DNA of 63,930 nucleotides, counting the filler, from Welwitschia mirabilis (Eukaryota), in the NCBI GenBank assembly GCA_051453625.1. It is 8 parts of one record of this genome, joined end to end, with 100 filler letters (N's around TTAATTAATTAA, not from the genome) between each part and the next. Parts side by side here need not be neighbours in the genome. Positions count along the whole stretch, not along the records: positions 1 to 24,207 come from JBOZIK010000001.1; positions 24,308 to 41,206 come from JBOZIK010000001.1; 6 more parts are not named here. One strand, 5' to 3'. Every line of letters begins with the position of its first letter. Positions within the stretch are counted from its first letter, which is position 1. Position numbers and translations under genes: made by a program. Shown piece after piece: positions 11,701 through 24,543 of this stretch. The notes beneath the pieces are model-generated. The model had not been told where the DNA came from and did no database searches. It was given only the letters and a program-made list of their open reading frames with translations.

Positions 11701-14361
11701 TAAAATAAGACTAGGGGCGATATCATCCCACTCCCACATTCTCTTAAGGTGAGTCTTCATTTCCTTATTTATTTCCTCTTCGTTTTCAACTAGCTGGTCT
11801 TTAATGATTAGCCTCCTGATCCTGTTATCTACTCTGTGTTGATTGGCTTGCTAGAAGAAAAACTTGATGTGTTTGTGCCCCTCCTTTAGCCACTTAATCC
11901 TTGATCTTTCCCTCTAGTAATTTTCCTTATCTGCATTTATCTCCTGGAGTTCCATGAGACATTGATATTCCTTGTTACGGAGGCTGTCTTGGTCTCTTCC
12001 CTCTTTTTGCTTAGTTTGAATTCTCTGTATCTCTTCCTCTAGGTCCCTTTTTAATTCAAATCTTTCTTTATCCTTCCCCCTCCAATCCTTTAAATGAGCT
12101 TAAAAGTGTTTAAGCCCCTATATTGAAAGGTGAGCAGATAAGTGCTGTTATATTAACTCCATAATTTTTCAATTAGCATTCTGGTTTCTCTCCTTGTTAT
12201 TCGGTAGCATTCCATTCGAAAAGGGGTCCTAAGGGGCATTAACGCCCCTATTCTATATTTGATTGGATGGTGATCCGAGGCTATTCTGTTCATTCCACAA
12301 GCTTCGGTTGGAAGCTTTGCTATATCTTTTCCAACGAGAATTCTGTTGATCCTGGACATAATTTGATTGCTTTCTGTCCTTTTATTCAACCAAGTGTATT
12401 TACACCTTGTAAGTGGGATATCTGAAAGGGCGTTCTGTACCATGAAGTCTTTAAGGATTACAACCCCTCTGCTGTTCTAATTTTCGCCCCCTGTTTTCTC
12501 CCAATGGTGTAGACATTAATTAAAGTCCTCTACTATTAGCCACTTAGACTTGTCTATCAGTATCTGCTGTAAATTCTTTAATGTGGAGGCTTATCTAGGT
12601 TGTTTTGAGGGCTAGAAATGTTTGGTATAGTCCATCTTTCTTCCTTTAGAAAGATGGTTAGGTGGTTCTTACTGCTGTTGACTNNNNNNNNNNNNNNNNN
12701 NNNNNNNNNNNNNNNNNNNNNNNNNNNNNNNNNNNNNNNNNNNNNNNNNNNNNNNNNNNNNNNNNNNNNNNNNNNNNNNNNNNNNNNNNNNNNNNNNNNN
12801 NNNNNNNNNNNNNNNNNNNNNNNNNNNNNNNNNNNNNNNNNNNNNNNNNNNNNNNNNNNNNNNNNNNNNNNNNNNNNNNNNNNNNNNNNNNNNNNNNNNN
12901 NNNNNNNNNNNNNNNNNNNNNNNNNNNNNNNNNNNNNNNNNNNNNNNNNNNNNNNNNNNNNNNNNNNNNNNNNNNNNNNNNNNNNNNNNNNNNNNNNNNN
13001 NNNNNNNNNNNNNNNNNNNNNNNNNNNNNNNNNNNNNNNNNNNNNNNNNNNNNNNNNNNNNNNNNNNNNNNNNNNNNNNNNNNNNNNNNNNNNNNNNNNN
13101 NNNNNNNNNNNNNNNNNNNNNNNNNNNNNNNNNNNNNNNNNNNNNNNNNNNNNNNNNNNNNNNNNNNNNNNNNNNNNNNNNNNNNNNNNNNNNNNNNNNN
13201 NNNNNNNNNNNNNNNNNNNNNNNNNNNNNNNNNNNNNNNNNNNNNNNNNNNNNNNNNNNNNNNNNNNNNNNNNNNNNNNNNNNNNNNNNNNNNNNNNNNN
13301 NNNNNNNNNNNNNNNNNNNNNNNNNNNNNNNNNNNNNNNNNNNNNNNNNNNNNNNNNNNNNNNNNNNNNNNNNNNNNNNNNNNNNNNNNNNNNNNNNNNN
13401 NNNNNNNNNNNNNNNNNNNNNNNNNNNNNNNNNNNNNNNNNNNNNNNNNNTAAAGTGTCTTCGATGGTAGCTTGGGAGTTGTTGGCCACATTTTCTGTAG
13501 TTCCCTTTCTCGAAGGATTTTATTGTTGGGTCTTCCTCTCATCTGAACTTTAAGTCATTTAACTCATCTATGTTTATTGGATTTTGTGGTTGTGAGTGTC
13601 TTTGGACTCTTCTTTATAAGGGCATGGAAGGAGTTGTATTCCCTCTCTTGTTCCTTCTTCTCCTTGTTTTCCTTAGGGAAGACGGTATTATTCTTTACCG
13701 TTTTCTCCTTCTTCTGTTTTTACCGATAATTGCTTTGATTATGCCCAGTCTTTCCATTGAAAGAACATGTTTCTTTTTATTTTTCTTCAATGTTAATAAG
13801 TCCTTTTCTGCATTATTCCCTTACGTGGTCCACTCTCCCATAATGGGAACATCTTTTTTCCGTAGTCATGTTTCTTGACTTCACACACATCTTACATGGA
13901 ATCGGGACGTTCTCGTAGGTAATTTCAAGGTCATATGTGCCCCATTTAGATATCAACTTAACATATTGTGTCTCCTTTGTATCTTTTAAGCTCATCCAGA
14001 TGCGAAATCTTACAAGGACCAACCTCGTTTACTTAATGGTTATTTGATCTAGCTTTATTAGTTTACCGAATTGAGATGCGATTTTCTTCAAGAGATCTTC
14101 GTCCCAAAGCTCTAAGAGGAACTTATGTATGCAAATCCGTATTGGCAGTTTTCTTAACAGGTTCGGGTCCACTTGTGCCCTCGAGGTCCATTTGGCTAGA
14201 GCTACCCCCCTCACTCCAAAAAGCCAAGGTCCTTTCGCAATGACTTTATTCCGATCTTATTCATTATCTAACTGAAAAAGCACTAATCCTTTCTGCATGG
14301 CTATGGCTTCAGCTTTATTAACCCGTGTCTATTTTGTTGCTACCCATTCCCTGATAAAATA

Positions 14362-14377
14362 ACCTTGTATTATAATT
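14362..14377 (+). repeat. Right target-site duplication of the LINE (ACCTTGTATTATAATT)
   Basis: Lies directly beyond the point where ORF1 homology stops; matches 7325-7340. Confidence 0.8.
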
Positions 14378-14784
14378 ACTGGTTAAGTTATGTGAAAATT
14401 ATTACGACGATACCTAAAATACAATATTATTTATGTGCTACAGGCTGCTACCGATATGATAAACATTGTATTTCATACTATGTCTCTGCCACCGGTTGTT
14501 CTTATTATTGGCTTTTTGTAGCCGTGGATTACCGCGAACTTAAAATTAACGATCAGACAATTTTAATGCCAGCAGTGGCTTGATGGACACGTTTCCTCGG
14601 AAAAGAAAACACAACAAACCCCTCTGACTATAATAAGAAATAGCATGTATGAAAATGCGACGTCTGACCACCCGACGGCCAGAAATTAGATTCTCTGGAC
14701 AAAGGCCATCTCTTCCACCTCGGCTGCGTTCTTGATCCCGGATTTCCGGTTGAAGAACAATTTAGACGTTTGCTGTAGCACTCA

Positions 14785-15033
14785 ATGGAGGAAGACGCCA
14801 CGAATGGACAGATTGAGATTTCAGTTGTTTGGAGAGGGAAGACAATCGTTCTCAAGGAAAACGAAGGAACGAAAATTGCAGAACTAGGCGTGAAATTGAA
14901 AGAATTAACTGGAGTTTCACAGGACACCTTGCGCCTCCTTGTTCCTCAAACCAAAAATGCAGCTCCCACGTCATTAACTCCGTTCTCCGATGCGCATGCT
15001 GCGCTCACGCTAGCGGAGGCAGGGATATCAGAG
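14785..15033 (+). CDS. WSS1B: Exon 1 of ubiquitin-like and WLM domain metalloprotease (UBL domain)
   Basis: MEEDATNGQIEISVVWRGK..LGVKLKELTGVSQDTLRLLVP..PFSDAH..L.EAGISE matches, from memory, the At5g35690-type N-terminus. Phase-0 donor GAG|GTTCGT. GC-richer, CpG-retaining sequence. Confidence 0.88.
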
Positions 15034-15957
15034 GTTCGTTACGCGCTATCATGGGAAGGTTATATGTTAATTTTCAATAACACAAATTTCCATGCTTGAT
15101 GACCCTGTTTGATATCTGGTAACCCTCCTTTCCGAAATAATTCGGATTCTGTAAGATTTTGAAACTGCGAATCTGATGTGGCACGCTACTTTACAGTTAT
15201 GCTAACAGGAAGTTACACTTGGTCAATCTACTCGTCGTTTGTCTTACTGACTACCATCTCTCTTGGGACAACCATAGCTAACGTTTTTACAAGGTTACCT
15301 GACACGTTTCTTTTTTCAATTTGCTTAATAAGGATTTGCTGAACAGTCATGACTGCTTAGCAGAGTTTATGTAACCATACCATAAAGTTTTTGCCCCCTT
15401 TCCTGTTCGAAACTTTGGAAATAGCCATGGATTCTATTGGAGTTGGCCCTTCCATACATCATACATACAAATTGTATCCTCCTGTAACACTCCATCAAAT
15501 AGTAATAGTAATGGTTGGTATACCTTAGTGACGTTGGGTAATCTGTAAGAAGGTTAAAATTAAAGTACACAATAAAAAGAAGGAGAAATTATAAAAGGTA
15601 AATTTTAGTGATAACTTGTAATTGGTAAACAGTGCAGTTGGTTTGATTAATGTTGTTTGCTTTTGTTGGAACCTTATGGTCTTTGGATTGGTTTGTTGCT
15701 TTACCCATTTATTCAACTTGCATAAGCTGCAATCTTTAATAAGGCACATATCACATGTGAGCCTTAGACATCTGGTGGCTATTTCCAGGGTCAGCAAGGC
15801 CACCATAGGTTTTGGTCTGGGCAAGCAAACTAATGACATTAGCAAATATGGTATGGTTTCTTGCAAACCTTGTAAAAAAGGAAATATCTCTCAGCTGGGA
15901 AAACACTGATTCACATATGAATATAACTTTTAATAATGAACAATCATGATGACTTCC

Positions 15958-16145
15958 TTTTTTTTTGAAAGAGGTTGATGAAAATTATTGTTTATTCAGT
16001 GGAAGTCCATGGATGTCCCCATTAGTCGGAAAGTGGCCTACCACGTGTGCAACTCTTATGATCAGAGGATTTGAACTCAAGGCATTGAAGCTTTCACTTG
16101 ATGCATCTTAATAGACATAATTCAAATACTATGCTATGCCTAGGG
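15958..16145 (-). mobile_element. Possible tRNA-derived SINE remnant
   Basis: T-run at ~15958-15966. On the minus strand, B-box-like GAGTTCAAATC at ~16068-16078 and A-box-like TAGCATAGT at ~16127-16135. Confidence 0.4.
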
Positions 16146-18405
16146 CTTATATGACCATAATTGCATAATCAATTGCAAAGTGCAATAATGAAGAGTCACA
16201 GCCACCAATTAATTAGAAGGTAGAATTACAATGATAAGAACAATTATGTTATAATACTGCATAGCCAATTATGACAAGTTGACTAACTGACCGCAAAATT
16301 TGTCAGCACGGAGTTATGACATAGAGTCCATAGAGTGCTGCCTCAGGTTATGTCATTTAGGGACTTTTTGTCTTAGGAATCATGACAAATTGAACCATAG
16401 AAGTACATGGTTGATTTCTGTCTGGATTTGAGTTTGAAATTTCTTTTATTATAGATTATCCACAAAATGCATTATGCATCACATTATGTTAGCCTCTTCG
16501 TCATAACCTATATTGTCCACCAATTGATTTGGCCCATGGAATCGTAATTCCATGTTGGAGTTTGTGGGTTATTTGTTCAAACTTTGATGGGGAATTGGAT
16601 CTGTAGAGGGTCCAAGATATCACTTGCAACAGGTAACAATATTTGCCTTGCTCCTGCATCTTGTGTTTTCATTTGCTTTAAAGTAATTGAGCTATAGCCT
16701 GCTCTTTGCGTGGATACTTCCTGTTGCATTAGAGTTTTACAAGTAAATATCTGTGCGCTCTATTTATTGCTAATTTTTTATTTTTTATATTTTACTGGTT
16801 CATTTATTCTGCATCCTTTTTGGTTGTTTTCACAAGAATTGGCATCAAGGCATGAGCTTGGGTTTGTCTGAGGTATTTTTAGTTGCTTTTTCATGACCTA
16901 GTAAGAAGAAGGGTAGCGGCTTTAGAAGCTGTGTAGCCTTTGATAGATGACTTTTGTTTTCTTGTGTTGAAGGAACTTAGGCTCTGTGGAAGATAATTGA
17001 AAAGTTTCTTTTGAAAGATCTTCTATCTCATAAGAAATGTGCTGCTCTGAAGAAGGTCCTAAGCTGTAGAGTTTGTGGAATAATGGTTGGAAATTATAGG
17101 GTGGGAGGCACTATTCTATACTGGGTCTTATATATAGGATGAAGATTTATACAATATCGTGATTCTACAAACAATTTTAGATGTTTCTTTGATATCTGTA
17201 TGGTAGTCCAAATGCCCCCAACAAGGTTGATAAAACACTTGAGATGGAGAAGTTGGAGTACATTTATTGCTGTAGCATGTCACATTGTTGCAACAGTATC
17301 ATACTTCAGTTATACTGATCTGTGGCTCCTTGACTTTAGTGCTTTTTCCCTCTTTCCACATTTGCATGGATCAAGTTTTGCAAATCCACAGATTTTACGT
17401 TTGGTGTTGTATATCATAGTGATGACTCACAATGCAATACCCAAGATATTGACAACTTAGAGATACTGTAAAAAGGTAGGCCTAAATGTTCTAGACTTTC
17501 TTTAAAGTAGCATGTTTGTGAAAACGTAGTCATAAACGTTTCAGGCATTCTTTAAGGTAGCATGTCTGAGATGCTAAAAAGTTGCCTCCATAAGATGTTC
17601 ACTACTAACATTCCTTGAGTAGTCCTTGATGTTCCAGTTTCTGGTTTTACTGCTGCTGAAACCAGAAGGCCTTCAAAGCTGTTCTCTCCCAAGGCCATGT
17701 AGAGATAGTATCAATGGACAATGGTGGGCATCTATTCTTAAAGACCTAGAAATGATATTGTGGGAAATTGCTCCAAAAGGAGTTTTTAAAATGGAAGATC
17801 GGTTCATAAACATTCCTGTTAAATGTTCTGGGGGATTTGGAAGCAAAAAACTGGATGTCATGGAAATAGGATGACGGGAACATGGAGGCTTAATGTAGGT
17901 GACGATAGAAGTGATAGAAGTTATTTGGCTTTTTATTTTCATCATGCTTATGCTGCTATAAAATACATGTCTCTTTTTGCTATTGTTGCATTTGATAATA
18001 CATATTGCACACTACTATTTCAATTTGACATAGTTTTAATCACCATTACAACATAAGAATCTGATACCACCTTCAAGATCATTGGTTTCACTGTATCGTG
18101 TATCAAGTTCTTCTATGCTTCACCTTTTTGGCAGGAGATAATCAGATAGTCAATTCCTGTTTTATTGTGGTTTGAATCACTGGGTTGGACATGAACAACA
18201 ACCATATTGACTTACTACTGTAAGATGTACATGTCCTGCATGTTGTAGGAGAGGAAATTTCTGTTCTTTGTTAGTGCCTTATTTGGTAGATTCCAAAACT
18301 TTCAGATGCTCTTAGAACACTTATTCGTGTGGTCTCAATATGGCTGAAGGAATGATTGTTTCTAGTTGATTATTTGTTTGTGCTGTCTGGCTTGACAACT
18401 TCCTG

Positions 18406-19295
18406 TGTTTGAGTAACAAATGTGAATCAGCCAAGAGAGTAACTAATAAACACCTAAAATGAGACCTATGTGGTATACTAAAAGTGGAAATCAAGTGGGA
18501 ATATGATGACCAGGAGGTGTTTAAAAAGGATTGGAAGCACATGAAAGTGGAGACAGATGATTTTGGAAAAGTTGACAGAATCATTGCTAGTTGTGATAAG
18601 TCTATTGCCTGGTGACATACCGAGCGAACATCTTGCTGTAACATCATCACCGGAGTGACAATGTAGCGACCATAGTTATAAGCCGAATTTGTTGCCATTT
18701 ATTCATTGCCCAACGACGGTATCCATGGATGGAGTTTGTAGGTGCAGACTGAAACCATCACCTTGGATCATCACCTAGCAGTGGTATTTAGCGTTGCCTT
18801 CCATTATTAGAGCCCAAAATTGTTGCTACTTATCCATCGCCTGGTGACACAAGTAGCAATGGAGATAGCTTCAGCATAAGCAACTTTCCAACCTCTTAAC
18901 CAATTCGAAAGCTATAAATACAAGGGGCTTGTTCTTGCTTGGGAAGCCTTTCCATTGCTTGAAGAATATGATGGAAAGTAGCAGGAGTGAGGAGGCCATT
19001 GAGAGAGGCTTGGAACAAGCAAGGCCCTTTGCCTCTTCTTGTGAGGTGGGGTGAGACCCTTATCTGCATAACCTTAATATGAGTTACATATTACAGATAT
19101 TAGACTTAATAAAGATGTTTTTCTTTGATTCTTAAGTTGTGTGTTGAATTACATTAGATCTTTCTTTTGGATAATGTAATTTGATACATGATTTGAGACT
19201 AGTTGGGTGACATCCAACTAGAATAGAGTAGTGACTTTCATTTTTGTTTGCATTGATGCTTGTTTTATATTCGATATGCTAATATCTGTTGAAAC
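18406..19295 (+). mobile_element. Probable solo LTR in intron 1
   Basis: TG...CA termini, CTATAAATA at ~18912 followed by a purine-rich segment and an AATAAA/T-rich segment. Non-coding. Confidence 0.4.
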
Positions 19296-19399
19296 AATTT
19301 GCATCCACTCTTTGGAACATTCTTCTCCTCTCTAACCTCTTGTCTTCATTGGTCATGATACTAGGGGATTGTTGAATGATGAAACGTATGATTGAGCAA

Positions 19400-21030
19400 G
19401 ATTAACAATGAATCCATCACATTTTGGCTCCATTACTAGGGAAGCCAAGCAGCTCTTCTTTAGAGAGAAGAAGAGCCTTGCCCTAGGCTACAAACAAGGT
19501 CAGGTTTTTGGTGCTTTGAATGAATAAAGAAAGGGGATGGTCTACAAACATAGCAAAATATGGGGCACCACCAACAGAAATAGGATTTATCAATCCTATG
19601 ATATTAGAATGAATCAATTCTAAAACAAATGGCGTTTCATGCTAAAAGTTTCTTTTCAAATTCATTCCTTTACTTTGACCACCTACATTGTTAAAACAAA
19701 ATTAAGAGCAATGGAGGTTACCTTGGATTGTAAATTCTTTGACTGAAGAGCTTTTAGACTAGCTTCACTTAGATGTCCTAGTCTGTGATGCCATAAAGTT
19801 GCATTATCTTCTTGTGGCACTACAATGTTTCCAAACATGGGTAACATACATGGATCCCTCTTTCATGCAATGTAATGGCACTATTGCTCCCTTGGCAATC
19901 TTCCAATGGCTGCTTCCAAATGTGACAGTAAAACCAACTTCATCTAATTAACTATCAAATATGAGATTCTGTGTTGGTATTTGCCCATTTACACAACTCA
20001 TGTTCACACATTGAGTGCCTTCGATAAACAACACCATTGGAGACTATCATATAGGACATGAACACTTCTTTGTGTCGATAGACATGATAGGAAGTGGCTG
20101 AATCTAAAACACAAACATGATGAGAGGTACACTAGGAGATTACAACTTCTCCCGAGTGATTTATAAGAGTTATCCCACCCTCTTCATCAACCCTGCATCC
20201 TTCTTTTTGGTCCCTTCGTTCTTCTTTTTCAACTTGTAGCAATTTCTCTTCAAGTGGCCTTGCTTGGTGCGATAAAAACAAATAGCAGCTTGTGTGCTTG
20301 ATTTTACCTCTATTCTTACTCTACCATGAGGTTCTTTAGGTTTAGATTGACCCTTCTCAATAAACAAAGCTTCACGAAAGGTTGTTGTAGCAAACACCTT
20401 CTTACTGAACTCAACATCCAACAAAGTGGCAATAGTATTATCCCAAGTTGGCTTGGGATTTTTCGTGATAAATGTAGTGACTGTAGGTTGCCAACTTTGA
20501 GGCAATGAAGATAGCACTAGAAAGCATCTCAAAATTTCACAAAAATTCAATCATAAATTATCAAGATGCATGAACAGTCTGTGCATCTCATCCAGAAGAG
20601 AGTTCTGGGGAGCATAGTCCTTCAATGTGCAATTGAAAGCCTCATTTAAATTATAGAATGTCTTCCTACCAGACAGTTCATTGTGCTACTTCATTAGTTT
20701 CTCCCACAACCTGTTCACAGTCATCTCTAAAGCATATGCACTAAGTAGATTGTTATTGAGACAATGACAAATTAAGGACAAGGCGGGGTGGTGTGATGCT
20801 TCATCCTATATTACTGAAGGCTTCATCTTTGCCAATGTAGCATTGCACTTCTTCTATGTTAACAAATCCTTCATTAGAATCTTCCAAATCCGCAAATTCT
20901 TAGTAGCAGGCAGACGTGGGGTTGTTTGTAGTCTCTCCATTGTGCTTGCTATGAAGACACAAAATCCATTTGCTTGCTTGTTTGATGCAGTCTTTGCTTG
21001 TTTCATAAGAGGATCTAATGTTATACATAG
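19400..21030 (-). mobile_element. Ty1/copia gag-protease-integrase remnant in intron 1
   Basis: RIWKILMKDLL, LVLSSLPQSWQPTVTT (UBN2 gag), CFYRTKQGHLKRNC (zinc knuckle), VLDSATSYH (protease), LWHHRLGHLS, LELIHSNI. Confidence 0.85.
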
Positions 21031-21554
21031 TAAATGACAGTTGCCTCTCCTAAGATCAGACCGAGGCCTTCAACAATCTGAATTCGAACCCATAGGTCCG
21101 AATGGAGATTTACCTACATGCATCAAATGTATGATGGTGTAGTATTGGAATTGCTTCCTCTTCATGTAATCTAGACTGTCAGTGTAAGAACTCTCGATCC
21201 ATTATTAGTCCGGATGAAGATTTCTTTATACATGTCAGATGTATAATGGTGGCAGTGGAATTGCTCTTCCCGTCCTGTAATCTAGACTGCCAATGGAAGA
21301 ACTTCTGGTCCAATGGCTATGATTGGTTTAGTCAGTCCTATGTTCAAAGGTTAGAAAGCCTTGCTCCTGCATCTTGTATTTTCATTTTTTTGTGAAGTAA
21401 TAGATCTTCAACCTGCTTTTCGAGAGGATATTTTCCTCTGCATTGGATTGCTTTAGCATGTAATCTCTGTGTACTATGTTATTTTTTTTAATTCTTGGAT
21501 TTTACTATCTCTAGCCTATATATAGTCTAACTTTTCATAAAATTAAATGCTATC

Positions 21555-22150
21555 TGTTAGCTGTGCATCTAAAACAAGTCAACAAATTAATTAGTTTAGG
21601 ATTGCTTTGTAAGGGATCTTGCGAGTTTGTTGCAGCACAAGCATAAAAACAACAGCATGATGAACACCAAAGATTTATGTGGAAAACCCCAATGTGGGGA
21701 AAAGCCACATAAACGATATAGTGCTCTCTATTATCTGTTAAAACAATGAATCCCAAGAACACAAACTATCCTTGATGGCTTGAGTAGGTTGTCAAACACA
21801 GCAATGACTGCCAATAGCACGACTTTAATGAGGAAGCCCTAGATTGGACTAGAATACGTTTCCTCCACCCTAACCTGTTCTTACATAAACCTTAATCTCA
21901 CATTGGCATTCTAATAAATAGGAAGTCTCACCTTACATAAGCGTATTGGCTTTTTAAATCATGTCAATACTAAAAATAAAGAATAACACATAGAAGAAGA
22001 TTTGGCTTCTCTATCTAACAAAGAAAACATTCTTCCTATGAGAAACAGTTTTTACTGGAATAATAGTTCTAGTTTTCTATTTTTGTAGCAAAATTGTGAA
22101 ACAAATAGTCATCTTAAGCTAAAAGGGACTTAAACTAAACGTTAGGAACA
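21555..22150 (-). mobile_element. Copia-type LTR/5' leader fragment
   Basis: GATTTATGTGGAAAACCCCAATGTGGGGAAAAGCCAC resembles the motif common near copia LTR ends. Non-coding. Confidence 0.4.
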
Positions 22151-22499
22151 TCTGGGTTTGTCTCGCATTAAATACATACCTTCTGAAGCAAAAATTTTGC
22201 ATCTGCCTAAGAAGGTTTTCATTGTACTCAAGTACTAGTTTTATCCTTCCTTAGTGTGTAAGTTCTGTCTACCCCCATTTTATTTTGACTATACATTGGG
22301 AACATTGTATATTCTTTTGGTATACGATTTTGCCATTTGCTTTGCTATTTAGGCTGCAATAAAACATAGTTTCCGGCAGTGAAATTGTGTTTTTGCACTC
22401 TTGTAGAGCTTGATTTTCATACACCAAGCCAAAGTGCCAAAATGTTCTGGTATTCTGTCAAAGATTAAGAGTTAATTGTTCTTTTCTACGCATGTGCAG

Positions 22500-22712
22500 G
22501 GTCAGCCTATCCGGATGATGGGTGTGTTTTTCTCAGAAATTCAGGAAGTTTCTCAACCTGCCACAAAGATTGAGGAGCGACTTTTGGGATTTGAAGAAGA
22601 AGAAATAAGAGCAAAACAACTTACTGCAAGTGAAACTACTGTCGCTTGGAAATTACCTCAGGGACCTTATATTTTTTGTGACTTTCGTGCTCTTCAGATC
22701 CCAGGAATAGGG
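22500..22712 (+). CDS. WSS1B: Exon 2 of ubiquitin-like and WLM domain metalloprotease
   Basis: Acceptor TGCAG|G, phase 0, compatible with exon 1. Translation GQPIRMMGV..EI.EV..RLLGFEEEE.R..KLPQGPYIFCDFRALQIPGIG. Donor GGG|GTACGT. The WLM-encoding exons are not visible in the window. Confidence 0.9.
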
Positions 22713-23777
22713 GTACGTTATACTTAGATTTGTCAATTTCTGAAATTATAAATTACAGTGGTGGTTTATTTGTTTTTTGGATCAATTATATGTATTGGCA
22801 TAAGGAAATTATCGTTTTTATGTTGAAAGGGATCATAAGCATGGAATTCCATTGGCTTCCACTGCATTTAAAATATTTATCACTGTTAAGACTCTGAAAT
22901 GACGCTAGCACATCTGAACTGTTAAAAAGTTATCTGACCCTTGCAAGGATGATTAATTACAATACTGGTTATTATATCCTTTATAAGTTGGAAGGACATA
23001 GGCTTTGAAATGGGTTAGAGAGTAGAATGATAAACTTCTCATTAGTAGATTAGATTTGATGCCTCGTGCTCTCCTTTTCTTATGGCTTGTTATCTACATT
23101 TAAAGCACCAAAAACATGGTTAGATGAAATGGATAGAACTGTAACAAGTATGAACATATCATTAGAATGTGGCACCTACAGTTCACAATTTAACCTTGCT
23201 TATATCGATCCATAATGAAAAGGAATGAAATCTGCGGTTAGTAAACTCCTGAATGATATTCTTCCACCTTGGAAGTTTAGCTATAATGAAGAGAGAAAGA
23301 TCGGATATGAAAGGCCACCATTTTTTAAATCAATTATCGAATTGAGTCTTTTTCTTCAATGTCGCTTTTTTCATTCCTCCTCCCTCTCTGGTCCCAACCC
23401 AAATATGAGTTGAATTTTTTAAACATTTTTGGTTGTTGCCATTGCTTCCCATTTGGAATCATTCTATGAAAGCTACTAGCACACACTACGATTGTCTTGA
23501 GTATTACAACCAATCTCTCTAGAGTCACTCATTCGCGTTGATTATGATCTTAGGATTATATAAGTTAGAAATAAGTTTGGCAATTTCCAGTTCAAAACTA
23601 ATTCCTGGATTTTGAATTTGAATTACTACCTGAATTGTTATACTAAACATTCTAGTTTGAACCTGCAGCATTGCCTATTATATGTTTAAAACTTAAATAT
23701 TAAAAGTGAGAGCTCCATTTTAACTTTTTAGCATGTCATTGTCGGTCACAATTTTGGTTAACAATTGCCCTTGTAAT

Positions 23778-24040
23778 AATCAGTTTGGATCTGATTTGAA
23801 TGCCATATTTTTCTTCTTCTTTTGTGCTTATCCTTATTCCATTTTGTATGACCTGATAAGGCAAGTTAAAAATCAGTTTTGATCTAATTTGAATGCCATA
23901 TTTTTCTCCTTTTTTTGTGCTTATCCTCATTCCATTTTTGTATGCCTTGATAAGGTAGGTTGAAGATCAGTTTTGATCTAATTTGAATGCCATATTTTTC
24001 TCCTTTCTTTGTGCTTGTCCTCATTCCATTTTGTATGCCC
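23778..24040 (+). repeat. Tandem repeat, ~94-bp unit, about 3 copies
   Basis: ATCAGTTT(G/T)GATCT(G/A)ATTTGAATGCCATATTTT..TTTGTGCTT(A/G)TCCT(T/C)ATTCCATTTTGTATG starts at ~23779, ~23872 and ~23966. Confidence 0.85.
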
Positions 24041-24251
24041 AAAAGTTATCAATTTCTGTTTAGAAAAGGAGGAAGCCATCTATTTAAATTGCATGTAGAG
24101 TGGGCGCAAAAGGACAAGACAAGCAAAAAGGACAGAGACAACACAGAAGTCCCTCAGAGGAGGAGAAAATTGAAAGGGCCATTTCATGTTATTGTGCAGA
24201 AGAGAAANNNNNNNNNNNNNNNNNNNNNNNNNNNNNNNNNNNNNNNNNNNN

Positions 24252-24263
24252 TTAATTAATTAA
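24252..24263. other. Artificial scaffold spacer TTAATTAATTAA inside N runs (also 41251, 53683, 55959, 58340, 61148, 62645)
   Basis: Identical 12-mer with stops in all six frames, always flanked by ~44 Ns on each side. Confidence 0.9.
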
Positions 24264-24307
24264 NNNNNNNNNNNNNNNNNNNNNNNNNNNNNNNNNNNNN
24301 NNNNNNN

Positions 24308-24543
24308 ATACCGAATGCATAAGAAAGGACCAACAAGGAAGCACGAGGGTTAGGAACCATACCGATTTTCAAGAACTCAAGATTTTTTTGCAAGTCTTCA
24401 AGGTTTTCCAAGACTCCAAGACTCCGTAGAAAAAGGTTTTCCAAAATGAAAGTGAGGAAAAAGGAGGAGTAGAGCCTATTTATAATCAAGATTTAGAGGA
24501 ATGCGAAGAGTCACAAGAGTATGGGGACAAACGAAAGTTGGAA
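24308..24543 (-). mobile_element. Fragment of the LTR-like repeat family also at 47150-47760 and 49500-51850
   Basis: GCATAAGAAAGGACCAACAAGGAAGCAC is close to the reverse complement of 49608-49636. Confidence 0.6.

Larger units (their letters stand above)
7339..14361 (-). mobile_element. L1-clade LINE retrotransposon, 5'-truncated within ORF1, decayed
   Basis: ORF1: DUF4283-like GPWLFG/LPIRI..LELW and ITYENVPIPCKMC..SRNMTTEK (14355-13450). ORF2: endonuclease (YTWLNKR, SRINRILV, SDHHPI), RT (RAPRSDG, GLRQEDPLFSYLF, YVDD) and zf-RVT (CTICQ..YLFHQC, WxIxHKxNDMIF). T8 tract at 7339-7346 is the poly(A) end. Flanked by a 16-bp TSD. Confidence 0.92.

Noticed and set aside
15034-15099. ORF-track extensions of exon 1 (to 15099) and exon 2 (22476-22727)
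   Set aside because: Read-through into introns; homology stops at canonical, phase-compatible splice sites.
18249-18355. TAG|GAGAGGAAATTTCT reading GEEISV, similar to the WLM motif GEEISLRLR
   Set aside because: Immediately followed by stops, lies upstream of exon 2 (wrong order), and has no further similarity.
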